This document shows positions 52,691 to 60,734 of a DNA stretch of 64,000 nucleotides, piece by piece; positions within the stretch are counted from its first letter, which is position 1, and each line of letters opens with the position of its first letter. The notes under the pieces were generated by a model. The model was not told the origin of the DNA. It did not search any database and saw nothing but the letters and a program-made list of their open reading frames with translations. Position numbers and translations under genes: made by a program. Origin of the DNA: Escherichia phage vB_EfeM_pEP20; the sequence record OQ743992. The stretch is one strand, 5' to 3'.

Positions 52691-52768
52691 AAGGGATTCG
52701 AACCCTCATCATCTCCCGTGACAGGGGAGTATTTTAACCAGATTAAACTACATAACCTTCATTTGGTG
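52691..52768 (-). tRNA. tRNA-Asp (anticodon GTC)
   Basis: Acceptor GGTTATG/CGTAACC, perfect anticodon arm CTCCC-CTGTCAC-GGGAG, T-loop TTCGAAT. Confidence 0.7.
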
Positions 52769-52774
52769 TGCCGT

Positions 52775-52862
52775 GTAGGAGTCGAACCTACCGAGTCTTA
52801 ATGACAAGGGATTTACAGTCCCCACCGCTACCATCTACGGGATAACGACACATTTAAATTTG
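52775..52862 (-). tRNA. tRNA-Tyr (anticodon GTA), class II
   Basis: Acceptor GTGTCGT/ACGGCAC, anticodon loop CTGTAAA, long variable arm, T-arm GTAGG-TTCGACT-CCTAC. Confidence 0.65.
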
Positions 52863-52871
52863 GCGGTTAGT

Positions 52872-52948
52872 CAGGGATTCGAACCCTGTGCCATTCGCTT
52901 AACAGGCGACCGCACATACCTTATGTGCTTCCTAACCTTAATACATTG
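52872..52948 (-). tRNA. tRNA-Asn (anticodon GTT)
   Basis: D-stem GCAC/GTGC, anticodon loop CTGTTAA, T-arm CAGGG-TTCGAAT-CCCTG; last acceptor pair mismatched. Confidence 0.65.
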
Positions 52949-52959
52949 CCAGACCGTGT

Positions 52960-53020
52960 TTTTTCTTTTATCCACAAAAAAGTAGTTTGTTGCTGAATAC
53001 GGTCTTCTGCAAAATTGGAG
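52960..53020 (-). ncRNA. candidate Y-RNA-like ncRNA U3
   Basis: Minus-sense 5' CAGAAGACCGUAUUCAGCAAC ... CACGGUCUGG 3'; internal hairpin CUUUUUU-GUGGAU-AAAAGA. Confidence 0.45.
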
Positions 53021-53026
53021 GCGGGT

Positions 53027-53103
53027 GCAGGAGTCGAACCTGCCGATACCATGCTAATGAGACATGTGAGACGCCCTTTCTCTATACCCGCAATTCTTAA
53101 TGA
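53027..53103 (-). tRNA. tRNA with anticodon CAT (second Met, or Ile2 if lysidine-modified)
   Basis: Anticodon arm CATGT-CTCATTA-GCATG, T-arm GCAGG-TTCGACT-CCTGC; first acceptor pair mismatched. Confidence 0.6.
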
Positions 53104-53114
53104 CCAGACCAAAT

Positions 53115-53187
53115 CTCTTCTTTGTCCGATTTCGTGTCAGATGAATAAGCTTAAGTTTGCTGTAATTGGTCTTCTGTCAAAACTGGC
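53115..53187 (-). ncRNA. candidate Y-RNA-like ncRNA U4
   Basis: Minus-sense 5' CAGAAGACCAAUUACAGCAAAC ... UUGGUCUGG 3'; same conserved 5' core and covarying terminal stem as U2. Confidence 0.45.
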
Positions 53188-53194
53188 GTTCCAG

Positions 53195-53272
53195 AAGGGA
53201 TTTGAACCCTCAAATATCCACTTTGAAAGAGTGGTGACTTTACCATTTTGTCTACTGGAACATTAATTTGGT
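53195..53272 (-). tRNA. tRNA-Glu (anticodon TTC)
   Basis: Perfect acceptor GTTCCAG/CTGGAAC, perfect anticodon arm CCACT-CTTTCAA-AGTGG, T-loop TTCAAAT. Confidence 0.7.
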
Positions 53273-53279
53273 CTCTGTT

Positions 53280-53356
53280 GGAGGACTTGAACCTCCGGCC
53301 TTACCGCCCCAAACGGAACGCTCTACCAAGCTGAGCTAAACAGAGATAAACTTTTC
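53280..53356 (-). tRNA. tRNA-Pro (anticodon TGG)
   Basis: Perfect acceptor CTCTGTT/AACAGAG, D-stem GCTC/GAGC, anticodon loop TTTGGGG, T-arm GGAGG-TTCAAGT-CCTCC. Confidence 0.7.
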
Positions 53357-53475
53357 AAACTCTATGTAACCACTTTAACATTATTTTTTAGTGGTTGTCA
53401 AGAACTTTTTTTAAAATATTTTTCAGTATCTTAGAAAAGCTCTCATTTCGTTTCTATGTAGAACATATTAAAGGG

Positions 53476-53501
53476 TATTAAACACATTGTCAATACCCTT
53501 T
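53476..53501 (-). terminator. hairpin downstream of the Ro60-like gene (terminator or promoter-overlapping operator)
   Basis: Minus-sense GGGTATT-GACAATGTGTTT-AATACCC followed by TTTAATAT; the same stretch contains TTGACA, so it may be a promoter for the tRNA array instead. Confidence 0.35.
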
Positions 53502-53511
53502 TTAAAACTTT

Positions 53512-54927
53512 TTACCAGATGTAACGGTCAATCATTACTGCTTTGAGCATTACGCTGATTGGGTCAAACTTCTCACCACCGAGCAGAGCTTTTAAAGTGG
53601 CTGGAGAGAACCCTGATACCATTGCTACACCGTTATCCTTAACAGACACTTCGCAAGTACCATTACGGTTTGCTAAGTACCAGAATACCAGTTGTGGCAT
53701 TTCGTATCCAGCTTTTTTGTACTTACTACGAATTGCTTCAAAGTTTGTACGACCATTTGCACCATCAACCTGATTGAACTCCATATCAGAGAAGATGATA
53801 AGCTTACTTGGCATATCTTTCTGAGTCAAGTTGTTTCTCTTACCTGTCTCAAGAATACGGTCAAAAGCTGCTTGTAAGTTAGTTGAGCCATATTCAACAT
53901 GACGCATCACCTGACGATGACGGTTTTTCAAATCACCACTCAGTTCGATGAAATGAGGGTTTGTTGAATAAACCATTAACTCATTCTTAAAGCAACCCGT
54001 ATTGCGTTCTGCTACATACAAGGCAAGGGATACACCAATATCAAGGGCAGTGATTGAACCAAGATTCACCCAAGACATTGAGCTTGAAACATCAGTCATA
54101 CACAGGATGTTCTCACCTTCTGCCATCCAGTTTGGTAGTGCTTTCCACTGCTCATTAGCCACATCTGCATTACCATACTTAATAGATTTAATCACATCGT
54201 ATGGGTAAACAGCACCAGCGTTAATCTTAACCTCACCCTTTGAGAGTGACTCGATGTAAGCTTTGTAACGTTCCCCATCTTTACGGTTAAAGAGTTTTTG
54301 GTAACGTGCAGTAGCGAGTGAAGGAATCTTGCTGTAGTCAATCTTACCAAACTCATTAGCAGAGATTTTTTGCTCAACCGTATCAGACAGTGCAGATAAC
54401 AGTGTGCGATACTCCTTCTCACTTAAGTTTGCAAACTTACAGAAACGTTTTACAAACTGTTTGTGGCGTGGTTTTACTCGTGGTAACCACTTAGCCGCTA
54501 AACCTGCTGTTGCAGGGTCTAGTAATGCTGCTTCTAAATGTTTGAAGGCATCTGTCTCAAAACGAGTGCCTACGAAGATTTTGAAGTCATCAAAACGACC
54601 AAGTTCTGCAATCTTATCCATAATGCGAAGAACCTGTGTAGGTTCTAAAACTTTATCTTCAATCGCTTGAAGTAAAACAGTTCGGAAAGCTTTACGCTCA
54701 CCCATACCTTCTCGTACATCTCGCATATGCAGTAAAATACGAACTGCAACATCAACATCCTCACGCAAAGCTTTGTAGAACAGGTCTGGTAAGATTTCTA
54801 CATTGCTACGGCTTGAGCCAGCGGCTTTGTAAAAGTCTACCAGAGCAGACATTGATGAAGTATGGTTTACAGCACCATTTTCAGTTCGACCTGCATGAAG
54901 GTGCGCATGTTTAAATAACTCGCTCAT
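53512..54927 (-). CDS. Ro60-like protein (TROVE-like helical N-terminal region + von Willebrand A domain with MIDAS motif)
   Basis: 471 aa; helical N-terminal 260 aa, then DVSSSM MIDAS motif and a C-terminal region that aligns from memory with the Ro60 vWA domain (DVSASM...LGSI, GSTN vs GGTD, IFSDME vs VFTDNE). Confidence 0.5.
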   Translation of the reverse strand: MSELFKHAHLHAGRTENGAVNHTSSMSALVDFYKAAGSSRSNVEILPDLFYKALREDVDVAVRILLHMRDVREGMGERKAFRTVLLQAIEDKVLEPTQVLRIMDKIAELGRFDDFKIFVGTRFETDAFKHLEAALLDPATAGLAAKWLPRVKPRHKQFVKRFCKFANLSEKEYRTLLSALSDTVEQKISANEFGKIDYSKIPSLATARYQKLFNRKDGERYKAYIESLSKGEVKINAGAVYPYDVIKSIKYGNADVANEQWKALPNWMAEGENILCMTDVSSSMSWVNLGSITALDIGVSLALYVAERNTGCFKNELMVYSTNPHFIELSGDLKNRHRQVMRHVEYGSTNLQAAFDRILETGKRNNLTQKDMPSKLIIFSDMEFNQVDGANGRTNFEAIRSKYKKAGYEMPQLVFWYLANRNGTCEVSVKDNGVAMVSGFSPATLKALLGGEKFDPISVMLKAVMIDRYIW

Positions 54928-55007
54928 ATTTTACTCTCTTCTCTCATTGTTGTTTGATGTGACAGACTTTAGAGCAACTTTGTAGAGTCTGTCAACACCT
55001 TTTAAAA

Positions 55008-55379
55008 TTATTTTTTAAGAGTCGCTACAGCAGAGAACGTTGGTTTGTTATCTGTCTGAGGCTGACCACCATTATCAGGGGTCTTCTTAGTGTCTGCTGC
55101 AATTGCTTTCATCTCACCTGCTGAGTGTGTCATGATAGTTTTACCAGCTTCCATCATCGACTTTAGGTTTACATCGTCAGTCGTCAAACCAAACTCTGCA
55201 AGCTTAGCAGCATCCCTTGTAACAATCGCCTCAAACAACTTTGCAGCAAACTCAGCAGAATTATCAATGGTCAGTTGAGCTTTTACGAGAGAGCTTTTGT
55301 TACGTGAGCCTTTCGGTCTTCCAGATGGGTTTCCGGACTGGCCTTTTTTAAACTGGCCTTTGTTTGTTCTGTTTTTCAT
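55008..55379 (-). CDS. hypothetical basic protein (123 aa)
   Basis: Track ORF with Gly/Lys-rich N-terminus (GNPSGRPKGSRNK). Confidence 0.45.
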   Translation of the reverse strand: MKNRTNKGQFKKGQSGNPSGRPKGSRNKSSLVKAQLTIDNSAEFAAKLFEAIVTRDAAKLAEFGLTTDDVNLKSMMEAGKTIMTHSAGEMKAIAADTKKTPDNGGQPQTDNKPTFSAVATLKK

Positions 55380-55508
55380 TGGTATGCCTCTTATAAGACC
55401 TCTTAAAAGGCTTTTAAGATAAAAGATAGATATCCAGAAAGATATCTGTTTAAATAGCCTTTTTAGAGGAACCTTTTAAGTTATCTTCTAAGTATTTATA
55501 AGCCTACA

Positions 55509-55530
55509 CCTTGTCAAGTACTTTGTCAAC
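55509..55530. promoter_or_regulatory. conserved 22-mer CCTTGTCAAGTACTTTGTCAAC (second copy) in divergent intergenic region
   Basis: Matches 12551-12572 at 21 of 22 positions; reverse complement carries two TTGACA boxes. Confidence 0.45.
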
Positions 55531-55620
55531 AACTTTTTTAACTTGCAATAGTTCTTGACTTGTTGTATGGATTACTGTACCATCTTACTTAAAGCTGTAG
55601 GTCTGCCTTGTTCTACAAAG

Positions 55621-55790
55621 GAGACTTAATGAGAAAATCAAATAAACCGAAGAAAGGTAAGAATACCAATCACTGCAAGGAATCAAAAAGGGTAGAGTTA
55701 ATCTACTATTCATCCTCTGAAATTGGTCTGTACCTGTTCTTTCAAAATTACAGAAGACAAGAGGATTATCTATGTGTAGTTCCCAATTAG
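55621..55790 (+). CDS. hypothetical small basic protein
   Basis: ATG at 55621 after AAGGAGA; shorter than the track ORF. Confidence 0.3.
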
Positions 55791-56005
55791 AAATCGCAGA
55801 TATTATAGATTTATATCAAACTGCAAAGAGTCATGGCTATATAACCTCAATTGGAAAGAATAGTCACTATGATGCTTTGACTGGAATGTATTTCAGGGCA
55901 ATGGCTCAATCTAGTGAACAACACTTAATGGTTTCTTCCAGTGAGTTTACTTCGTTTCTCTATTGCAGCAAAATTATAAATCGCAGGAGAACTGAAAAAT
56001 GTTAA
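55772..56005 (+). CDS. hypothetical protein (77 aa)
   Basis: Track ORF. Confidence 0.4.
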   Translation: MCSSQLEIADIIDLYQTAKSHGYITSIGKNSHYDALTGMYFRAMAQSSEQHLMVSSSEFTSFLYCSKIINRRRTEKC

Positions 56006-56589
56006 CAGTAAGTTTTAATTACAATAGTGATGGTTCTGTATCAATTAATTCACCATATGCAAATGACCTACTTAAAGAGCTAGTCAACCAGTGTGATAGA
56101 GGTCTTCACTATGTTCAAAATTCTTTTAAACAGAAGACTATTGCTAATAACTTGATGCGTGTAACAGTGACGACATCGAATCCAAATTATGACTTTGATA
56201 GTGAAAGTCCGTACTCATTAGTTGCACTTGGAGAGAGCAGCCAATTCAAACTTGTTTGCCACGACTCAGAAACATTCCTTAAGGTATTTTCCAACCTTAT
56301 CCATAATAATAAGTATAGTTACGTTGATGGTAGTGTAAACTTCTATCCAGCAAACTATACATGTTTGTTGGTTGATAATATGAGGAAAAGTAAGCAAGAG
56401 CCTACAGAAATTTCATTTGATGTGAACTCTAGTCCAGACGCAGAAACAAGTAAGAACTTTGATATGAGTTACGCATTGTCACTCAGTAAGAAATCCGAGT
56501 TCATTGATTATGTCAATGGATTTGGTTTTAAGTTTGATGAGAGTATGAATCTTAAAAAACTTAAGAACCTACTTAAGACCAAAGCTTAA
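55999..56589 (+). CDS. hypothetical protein (196 aa)
   Basis: Track ORF followed by a terminator-like hairpin. Confidence 0.5.
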   Translation: MLTVSFNYNSDGSVSINSPYANDLLKELVNQCDRGLHYVQNSFKQKTIANNLMRVTVTTSNPNYDFDSESPYSLVALGESSQFKLVCHDSETFLKVFSNLIHNNKYSYVDGSVNFYPANYTCLLVDNMRKSKQEPTEISFDVNSSPDAETSKNFDMSYALSLSKKSEFIDYVNGFGFKFDESMNLKKLKNLLKTKA

Positions 56590-56597
56590 GTGTGAAT

Positions 56598-56620
56598 AGG
56601 GGCTGATGCCCCTTTAACTA
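56598..56620 (+). terminator. rho-independent terminator candidate
   Basis: Hairpin AGGGGC-TGAT-GCCCCT followed by TTAACTATTT. Confidence 0.45.
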
Positions 56621-56636
56621 TTTATAAGGATATTTA

Positions 56637-57008
56637 ATGAAAGCTAAGAGTGCAAAAGACTTTTATTGCTTCCTACAATCCTATATCAATTCCGTGCAAA
56701 ATGGTGAAAGGTACAACCTTAATGATGTTATCCCAACACCTTTGACATGGAGACTCAGTAAATGGCCTGAAGAAGATATTACACCAACAAGCGAACAACG
56801 TACCTACAAACCTGAAATCAATATTCCAGATTCTGAGAATCTATTATATCCAATGTTCCATATTGTTGGTCTTGGAAGATTCCTTATGGATATCCAGTAT
56901 GTAATTGGTAAAGGTTATAAGGTTAAAGGCGTTGTTGTTGGTGATGTATCTCCGCATCACAAAGGTTATTTTAGACTAAACGCACATTTAGAGGCTAAAA
57001 AGAAATGA
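56637..57008 (+). CDS. hypothetical protein (123 aa), paralog of the N-terminal domain of the next gene
   Basis: Shares layout and motifs with residues 1-120 of the 57005-58138 product. Confidence 0.5.
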   Translation: MKAKSAKDFYCFLQSYINSVQNGERYNLNDVIPTPLTWRLSKWPEEDITPTSEQRTYKPEINIPDSENLLYPMFHIVGLGRFLMDIQYVIGKGYKVKGVVVGDVSPHHKGYFRLNAHLEAKKK

Positions 57009-58138
57009 TTAAAGCAAAGACTTACCCAGACTTCAAAGAGTTTGTGAAGGGCTTCATTGCAAATGTAAAGGCTGGTAAGAGATATGATTTTAGAACATAT
57101 CAAGAGGCTATTTTACCACTCACCTATAGTTCGTATTGGCCTGAAGCTGATATTGCAGAAGTTAAGAAGTTTGACTACAACCCAGACTATAAAGTCCCAT
57201 TTAGTGATGAGTTGCTTTACAGTGTTGGTGCTCAAATGAGAACTTCTGACTTCTTCATGGACTTACAATATGCAATTATCAATGGTAAAGACGTTGATAC
57301 AGTTTATTGTGAATGGCTGGCAAGAGTTAAACCATTCTCAATGTTGAATGCTAAGTTGAAGGATGCTATCAAGCCACCAGCAATTACTCAGCAACCAACA
57401 GGTCAAACAGTCAATGAGGGTGGCACACTTACTCTAAGCATTCTAGCAACTAACGCCACTGGATATCAGTGGAAAAAGGATGGTGAGGACATCCCTAGTG
57501 CCAATTCTGCAACTTATACAAAACAGTCAGTAGCACCTTCTGACGCTGGTGCATACACTTGTGTTGTATCTGGAGAGGGTGGAACAAGTGTTACCTCAGA
57601 TGCAGCAACAGTGACTGTGAACGCACTACCTGTGATTACCAAGCAACCTTCTAACCAGACTATTAATGAAGGTGGAAACATCAACTTAGCAGTTACTGCA
57701 ACTGGTGCAACTGGCTACCAATGGAAGAAAGATGGTTCTGACATTCCTTCAGCTACAAATGCTACCTATAGCAAGTCTGGTGCTCTGCCAGTAGATGCAG
57801 GTTCATACACTTGCGTTGTAACAGGTGCAGGTGGCTCTGTAACGTCTAACGCTGCAACAGTTACTGTGAATGCACTTCCAGTAATCACTCAACAGCCAAC
57901 CAATCAAGAAATCAATGAAGGTGAGACCTTAACACTGAATGTTGTGGCAACAGGTGCAACGGGTTACCAGTGGAAGAAAGGTGAGGAAGATATCCTCGAT
58001 GCAACCGCTGCAACTTACACTAAAGAAGGTGCAACCGCTGCTGATTCGGGAAGCTACACCTGTGTAGTTACTGGTGCAGGTGGCTCTGTCACATCTAACG
58101 CAGCAACAGTTACAGTTAGTCCAGTAGGAGGGGCATAA
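57005..58138 (+). CDS. protein with three tandem immunoglobulin-like (I-set-like) repeats
   Basis: Three copies of about 85 aa each containing ATGYQWKKDG ... D(A/S)G(A/S)YTCVV(T/S)GAGG ... ATVTV. Confidence 0.6.
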   Translation: MIKAKTYPDFKEFVKGFIANVKAGKRYDFRTYQEAILPLTYSSYWPEADIAEVKKFDYNPDYKVPFSDELLYSVGAQMRTSDFFMDLQYAIINGKDVDTVYCEWLARVKPFSMLNAKLKDAIKPPAITQQPTGQTVNEGGTLTLSILATNATGYQWKKDGEDIPSANSATYTKQSVAPSDAGAYTCVVSGEGGTSVTSDAATVTVNALPVITKQPSNQTINEGGNINLAVTATGATGYQWKKDGSDIPSATNATYSKSGALPVDAGSYTCVVTGAGGSVTSNAATVTVNALPVITQQPTNQEINEGETLTLNVVATGATGYQWKKGEEDILDATAATYTKEGATAADSGSYTCVVTGAGGSVTSNAATVTVSPVGGA

Positions 58139-58602
58139 TGCAACTCTCAAGAAAAGGTTTAGATGCTATTAAGTTCTTCGAGGGTCTGGAGTTAGAGGCT
58201 TACGAAGATTCTGCCGGAATCCCAACAATCGGGTATGGGACAATCCGTATTGACGGAAAACCTGTTAAGATGGGTATGAAGATTACCGCTGAACAAGCTG
58301 AACAGTATCTTCTCGCAGATGTTGAAAAGTTCGTTGCAGCAGTGAACAAAGCCATCAAGGTTCCAACTTCTCAGAACGAGTTTGATGCACTTGTAAGTGA
58401 AACATACAACATTGGCATTACAGCTATGCAGGACTCTACATTTATCAAGCGCCACAATGATGGTAATAAGGTAGGTTGTGCAGAAGCTATGCAATGGTGG
58501 AACAAGGTTACAGTCAAAGGTAAGAAGGTCACTTCAAACGGCCTGAAAAACAGACGTAGAATGGAAGCTGACATTTATCTTGACAGCGTATATCCAAAGT
58601 AA
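58138..58602 (+). CDS. endolysin (GH24 lysozyme family)
   Basis: 154 aa; FEGLELEAYEDSAGIPTIGYGT matches the T4/lambda-type lysozyme catalytic E-D-T region; RBS GGAGGGG. Confidence 0.8.
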   Translation: MQLSRKGLDAIKFFEGLELEAYEDSAGIPTIGYGTIRIDGKPVKMGMKITAEQAEQYLLADVEKFVAAVNKAIKVPTSQNEFDALVSETYNIGITAMQDSTFIKRHNDGNKVGCAEAMQWWNKVTVKGKKVTSNGLKNRRRMEADIYLDSVYPK

Positions 58603-58612
58603 TATCTTCATA

Positions 58613-58645
58613 GGCTCCTTCTGGAGCCTTTTTTTTTTTTTTTTT
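58613..58645 (+). terminator. strong rho-independent terminator
   Basis: Hairpin GGCTCC-TTCT-GGAGCC followed by a long uninterrupted T run. Confidence 0.8.
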
Positions 58646-58664
58646 ATTTTCTAAGGAGAAAACT

Positions 58665-59063
58665 ATGAAACTTTGGGCTGATGACGTTGGGACTTTTAAG
58701 TACACTCGCAATGGCTCAATGGTGAGAATCATTGGGAGTAACATTGTTACAATTGGTGATAGAGTGCACACAATGTTCACTGTTGAGTTAGCTGAACTCT
58801 CACCTATTGAATCTGCTAACAACGGCCTGTTCAAGTTTGAGACTTACCATGTAAATGAACACGGGCAGTTTAATACTCTAGGGGAAAGTGGCCTTGATAT
58901 TATTTCAGAACACCCCTTGACAAGAGAGCAGCTTGCGAGTTACTATAAAACAGTTCTTGAAAGGACTTTGGCAACACATGAGCATGAGGCCAGATACCAC
59001 ATAGAACGATGTGAAGTTTTAAGAGCAAAAATCGAACAAGCAGAGAGAGGTTTTTATGAATAA
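58665..59063 (+). CDS. hypothetical protein (132 aa)
   Basis: Track ORF after RBS AAGGAGA. Confidence 0.5.
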   Translation: MKLWADDVGTFKYTRNGSMVRIIGSNIVTIGDRVHTMFTVELAELSPIESANNGLFKFETYHVNEHGQFNTLGESGLDIISEHPLTREQLASYYKTVLERTLATHEHEARYHIERCEVLRAKIEQAERGFYE

Positions 59064-59451
59064 TAATAGTCATATCCACGTTAAAGTTGATGTCAGTCGT
59101 TACAGCGAAAATGAAGAATTAGACCTGCAAGATGCTCTTCTCTTTGAGAAGAATGGTAATCCCCATTTGCATTTTGAAGGTACAAACACATATCTCCACA
59201 GATGCCGAGATGATGCAGATGGTTGCCCTGTTTTTGCTTGGTATAATTTAGAGTTTCCACTTTATGCCATCCACTACCCAGATGGTGGAGAAGACTGGAC
59301 AACTCAATCAATCTTTGATGAGCTTAACGGTATTCCAGTTGAGCAAGAAGAGCAGGAGCCTATTGAGCTGACCTTCACCTTCGTCAAAGAAGAGGCGGTT
59401 GGTGATTTGTCAGTAACTGAAGCTATTCAGGTAACACAGGTCATTCGTTAA
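59056..59451 (+). CDS. hypothetical protein (131 aa)
   Basis: Track ORF. Confidence 0.5.
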   Translation: MNNNSHIHVKVDVSRYSENEELDLQDALLFEKNGNPHLHFEGTNTYLHRCRDDADGCPVFAWYNLEFPLYAIHYPDGGEDWTTQSIFDELNGIPVEQEEQEPIELTFTFVKEEAVGDLSVTEAIQVTQVIR

Positions 59452-59744
59452 TGAGTAAAGTGCAGGTTGTTTTCCCTATTTGTGACTTCTCACTAGAGCG
59501 TGAACTTGACCTGTACGAAGAAATTACTGACGAAATTATCTGGTCTGTTGTAGAAGAGGCTATCAAGAAACTGTATGGTGGCCTCTTAAATCCATCAAGT
59601 AAAAAGCTCAACACTAAACAAGTAGCTGATACGTACACTTCATATGATGCCTACAACAAACCTTTTGAGAATACCTGCTTTGACCTTATGGTAGGTAATA
59701 ATAAAGTCAACTATTTCTTCGTCAGAGAGTTTAACGATGAGTAA
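59451..59744 (+). CDS. hypothetical protein (97 aa)
   Basis: Track ORF. Confidence 0.45.
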   Translation: MSKVQVVFPICDFSLERELDLYEEITDEIIWSVVEEAIKKLYGGLLNPSSKKLNTKQVADTYTSYDAYNKPFENTCFDLMVGNNKVNYFFVREFNDE

Positions 59745-60081
59745 GCTCAATGTCACAGTGTACAAAAACTTCTCAGACATCAAAGAGTCTTTAACCAATA
59801 AGCTTGACATGCAACGGAAAAGACTCTTTTTAATGTATGACATTGATAACTACAACCACCCTAAAGAGTTTAATTACAAAGATGGTACAAAGGTTGTTGA
59901 ATTTGAAGATTCTGTAACGGTGTATGTCAAACATGACTTACCAGCAAAGTACATAGGGATGTTAGAGTACTATATATTCAAGCATACAGGTATGCGTGGT
60001 GAGTCTGTCAAGATATCTTCTATAGAAGTTTTTGAGAAACCTAACACACAACTTAAAAAGTATTTAATGAGGAAACTGTAA
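59737..60081 (+). CDS. hypothetical protein (114 aa)
   Basis: Track ORF. Confidence 0.45.
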   Translation: MSKLNVTVYKNFSDIKESLTNKLDMQRKRLFLMYDIDNYNHPKEFNYKDGTKVVEFEDSVTVYVKHDLPAKYIGMLEYYIFKHTGMRGESVKISSIEVFEKPNTQLKKYLMRKL

Positions 60082-60662
60082 TGTCAGAAGAACATGAGCA
60101 TATCCAACCAGAAGTTACATTAGTCAAACATTTCGGGAATGTAGAAGGCTGTGTAGCACTTTTTCAGACCAACATCAATTCCCCAGTCAAACTGTGCAAA
60201 TTGACGATAAACACCAACAATATCAGTGTATGTGTGAATGAAGAAGTCCAATACTTCAAATTCAATGATAAAGAGGTTGATGCTGCACTATTAAAATATA
60301 GAGCAAATCTTGAAAAAGATATTGACCATAAAGAGGTGGTAAGTCTCTTTGCAGACCTTCATAAGCTTCTTGATAAGGTTGAAAAAAGAACATACTACAT
60401 GAATAATGGCTCTATCATTACCACTATGATTTCACCATGTATCTCTGAGCCAATCTTCACAGATGATGGTGCTTACTACATCGTAGCTTCGGCAGTATCT
60501 GATTGGTGGTTAAAGAACAATGCCCTGAAAACAGTGATTGAGGCTATCAGAGAGCACATCCCTACATTCAGTCCGTGGAAAGGGAAAGGTGATGAATTTA
60601 TCGCACTATTGAGTGAAGAGAGTAACAAGCGTAGCGCATTACTGCCTAAAAAATACTCTTGA
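60081..60662 (+). CDS. hypothetical protein (193 aa)
   Basis: Track ORF. Confidence 0.5.
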   Translation: MSEEHEHIQPEVTLVKHFGNVEGCVALFQTNINSPVKLCKLTINTNNISVCVNEEVQYFKFNDKEVDAALLKYRANLEKDIDHKEVVSLFADLHKLLDKVEKRTYYMNNGSIITTMISPCISEPIFTDDGAYYIVASAVSDWWLKNNALKTVIEAIREHIPTFSPWKGKGDEFIALLSEESNKRSALLPKKYS

Positions 60663-60734
60663 CCGAATATACAATATTAACTATGATGGGAGCTATCGAG
60701 AGGTAGTTCCCTTTTTAGTTTCTGGAGAATAGAT

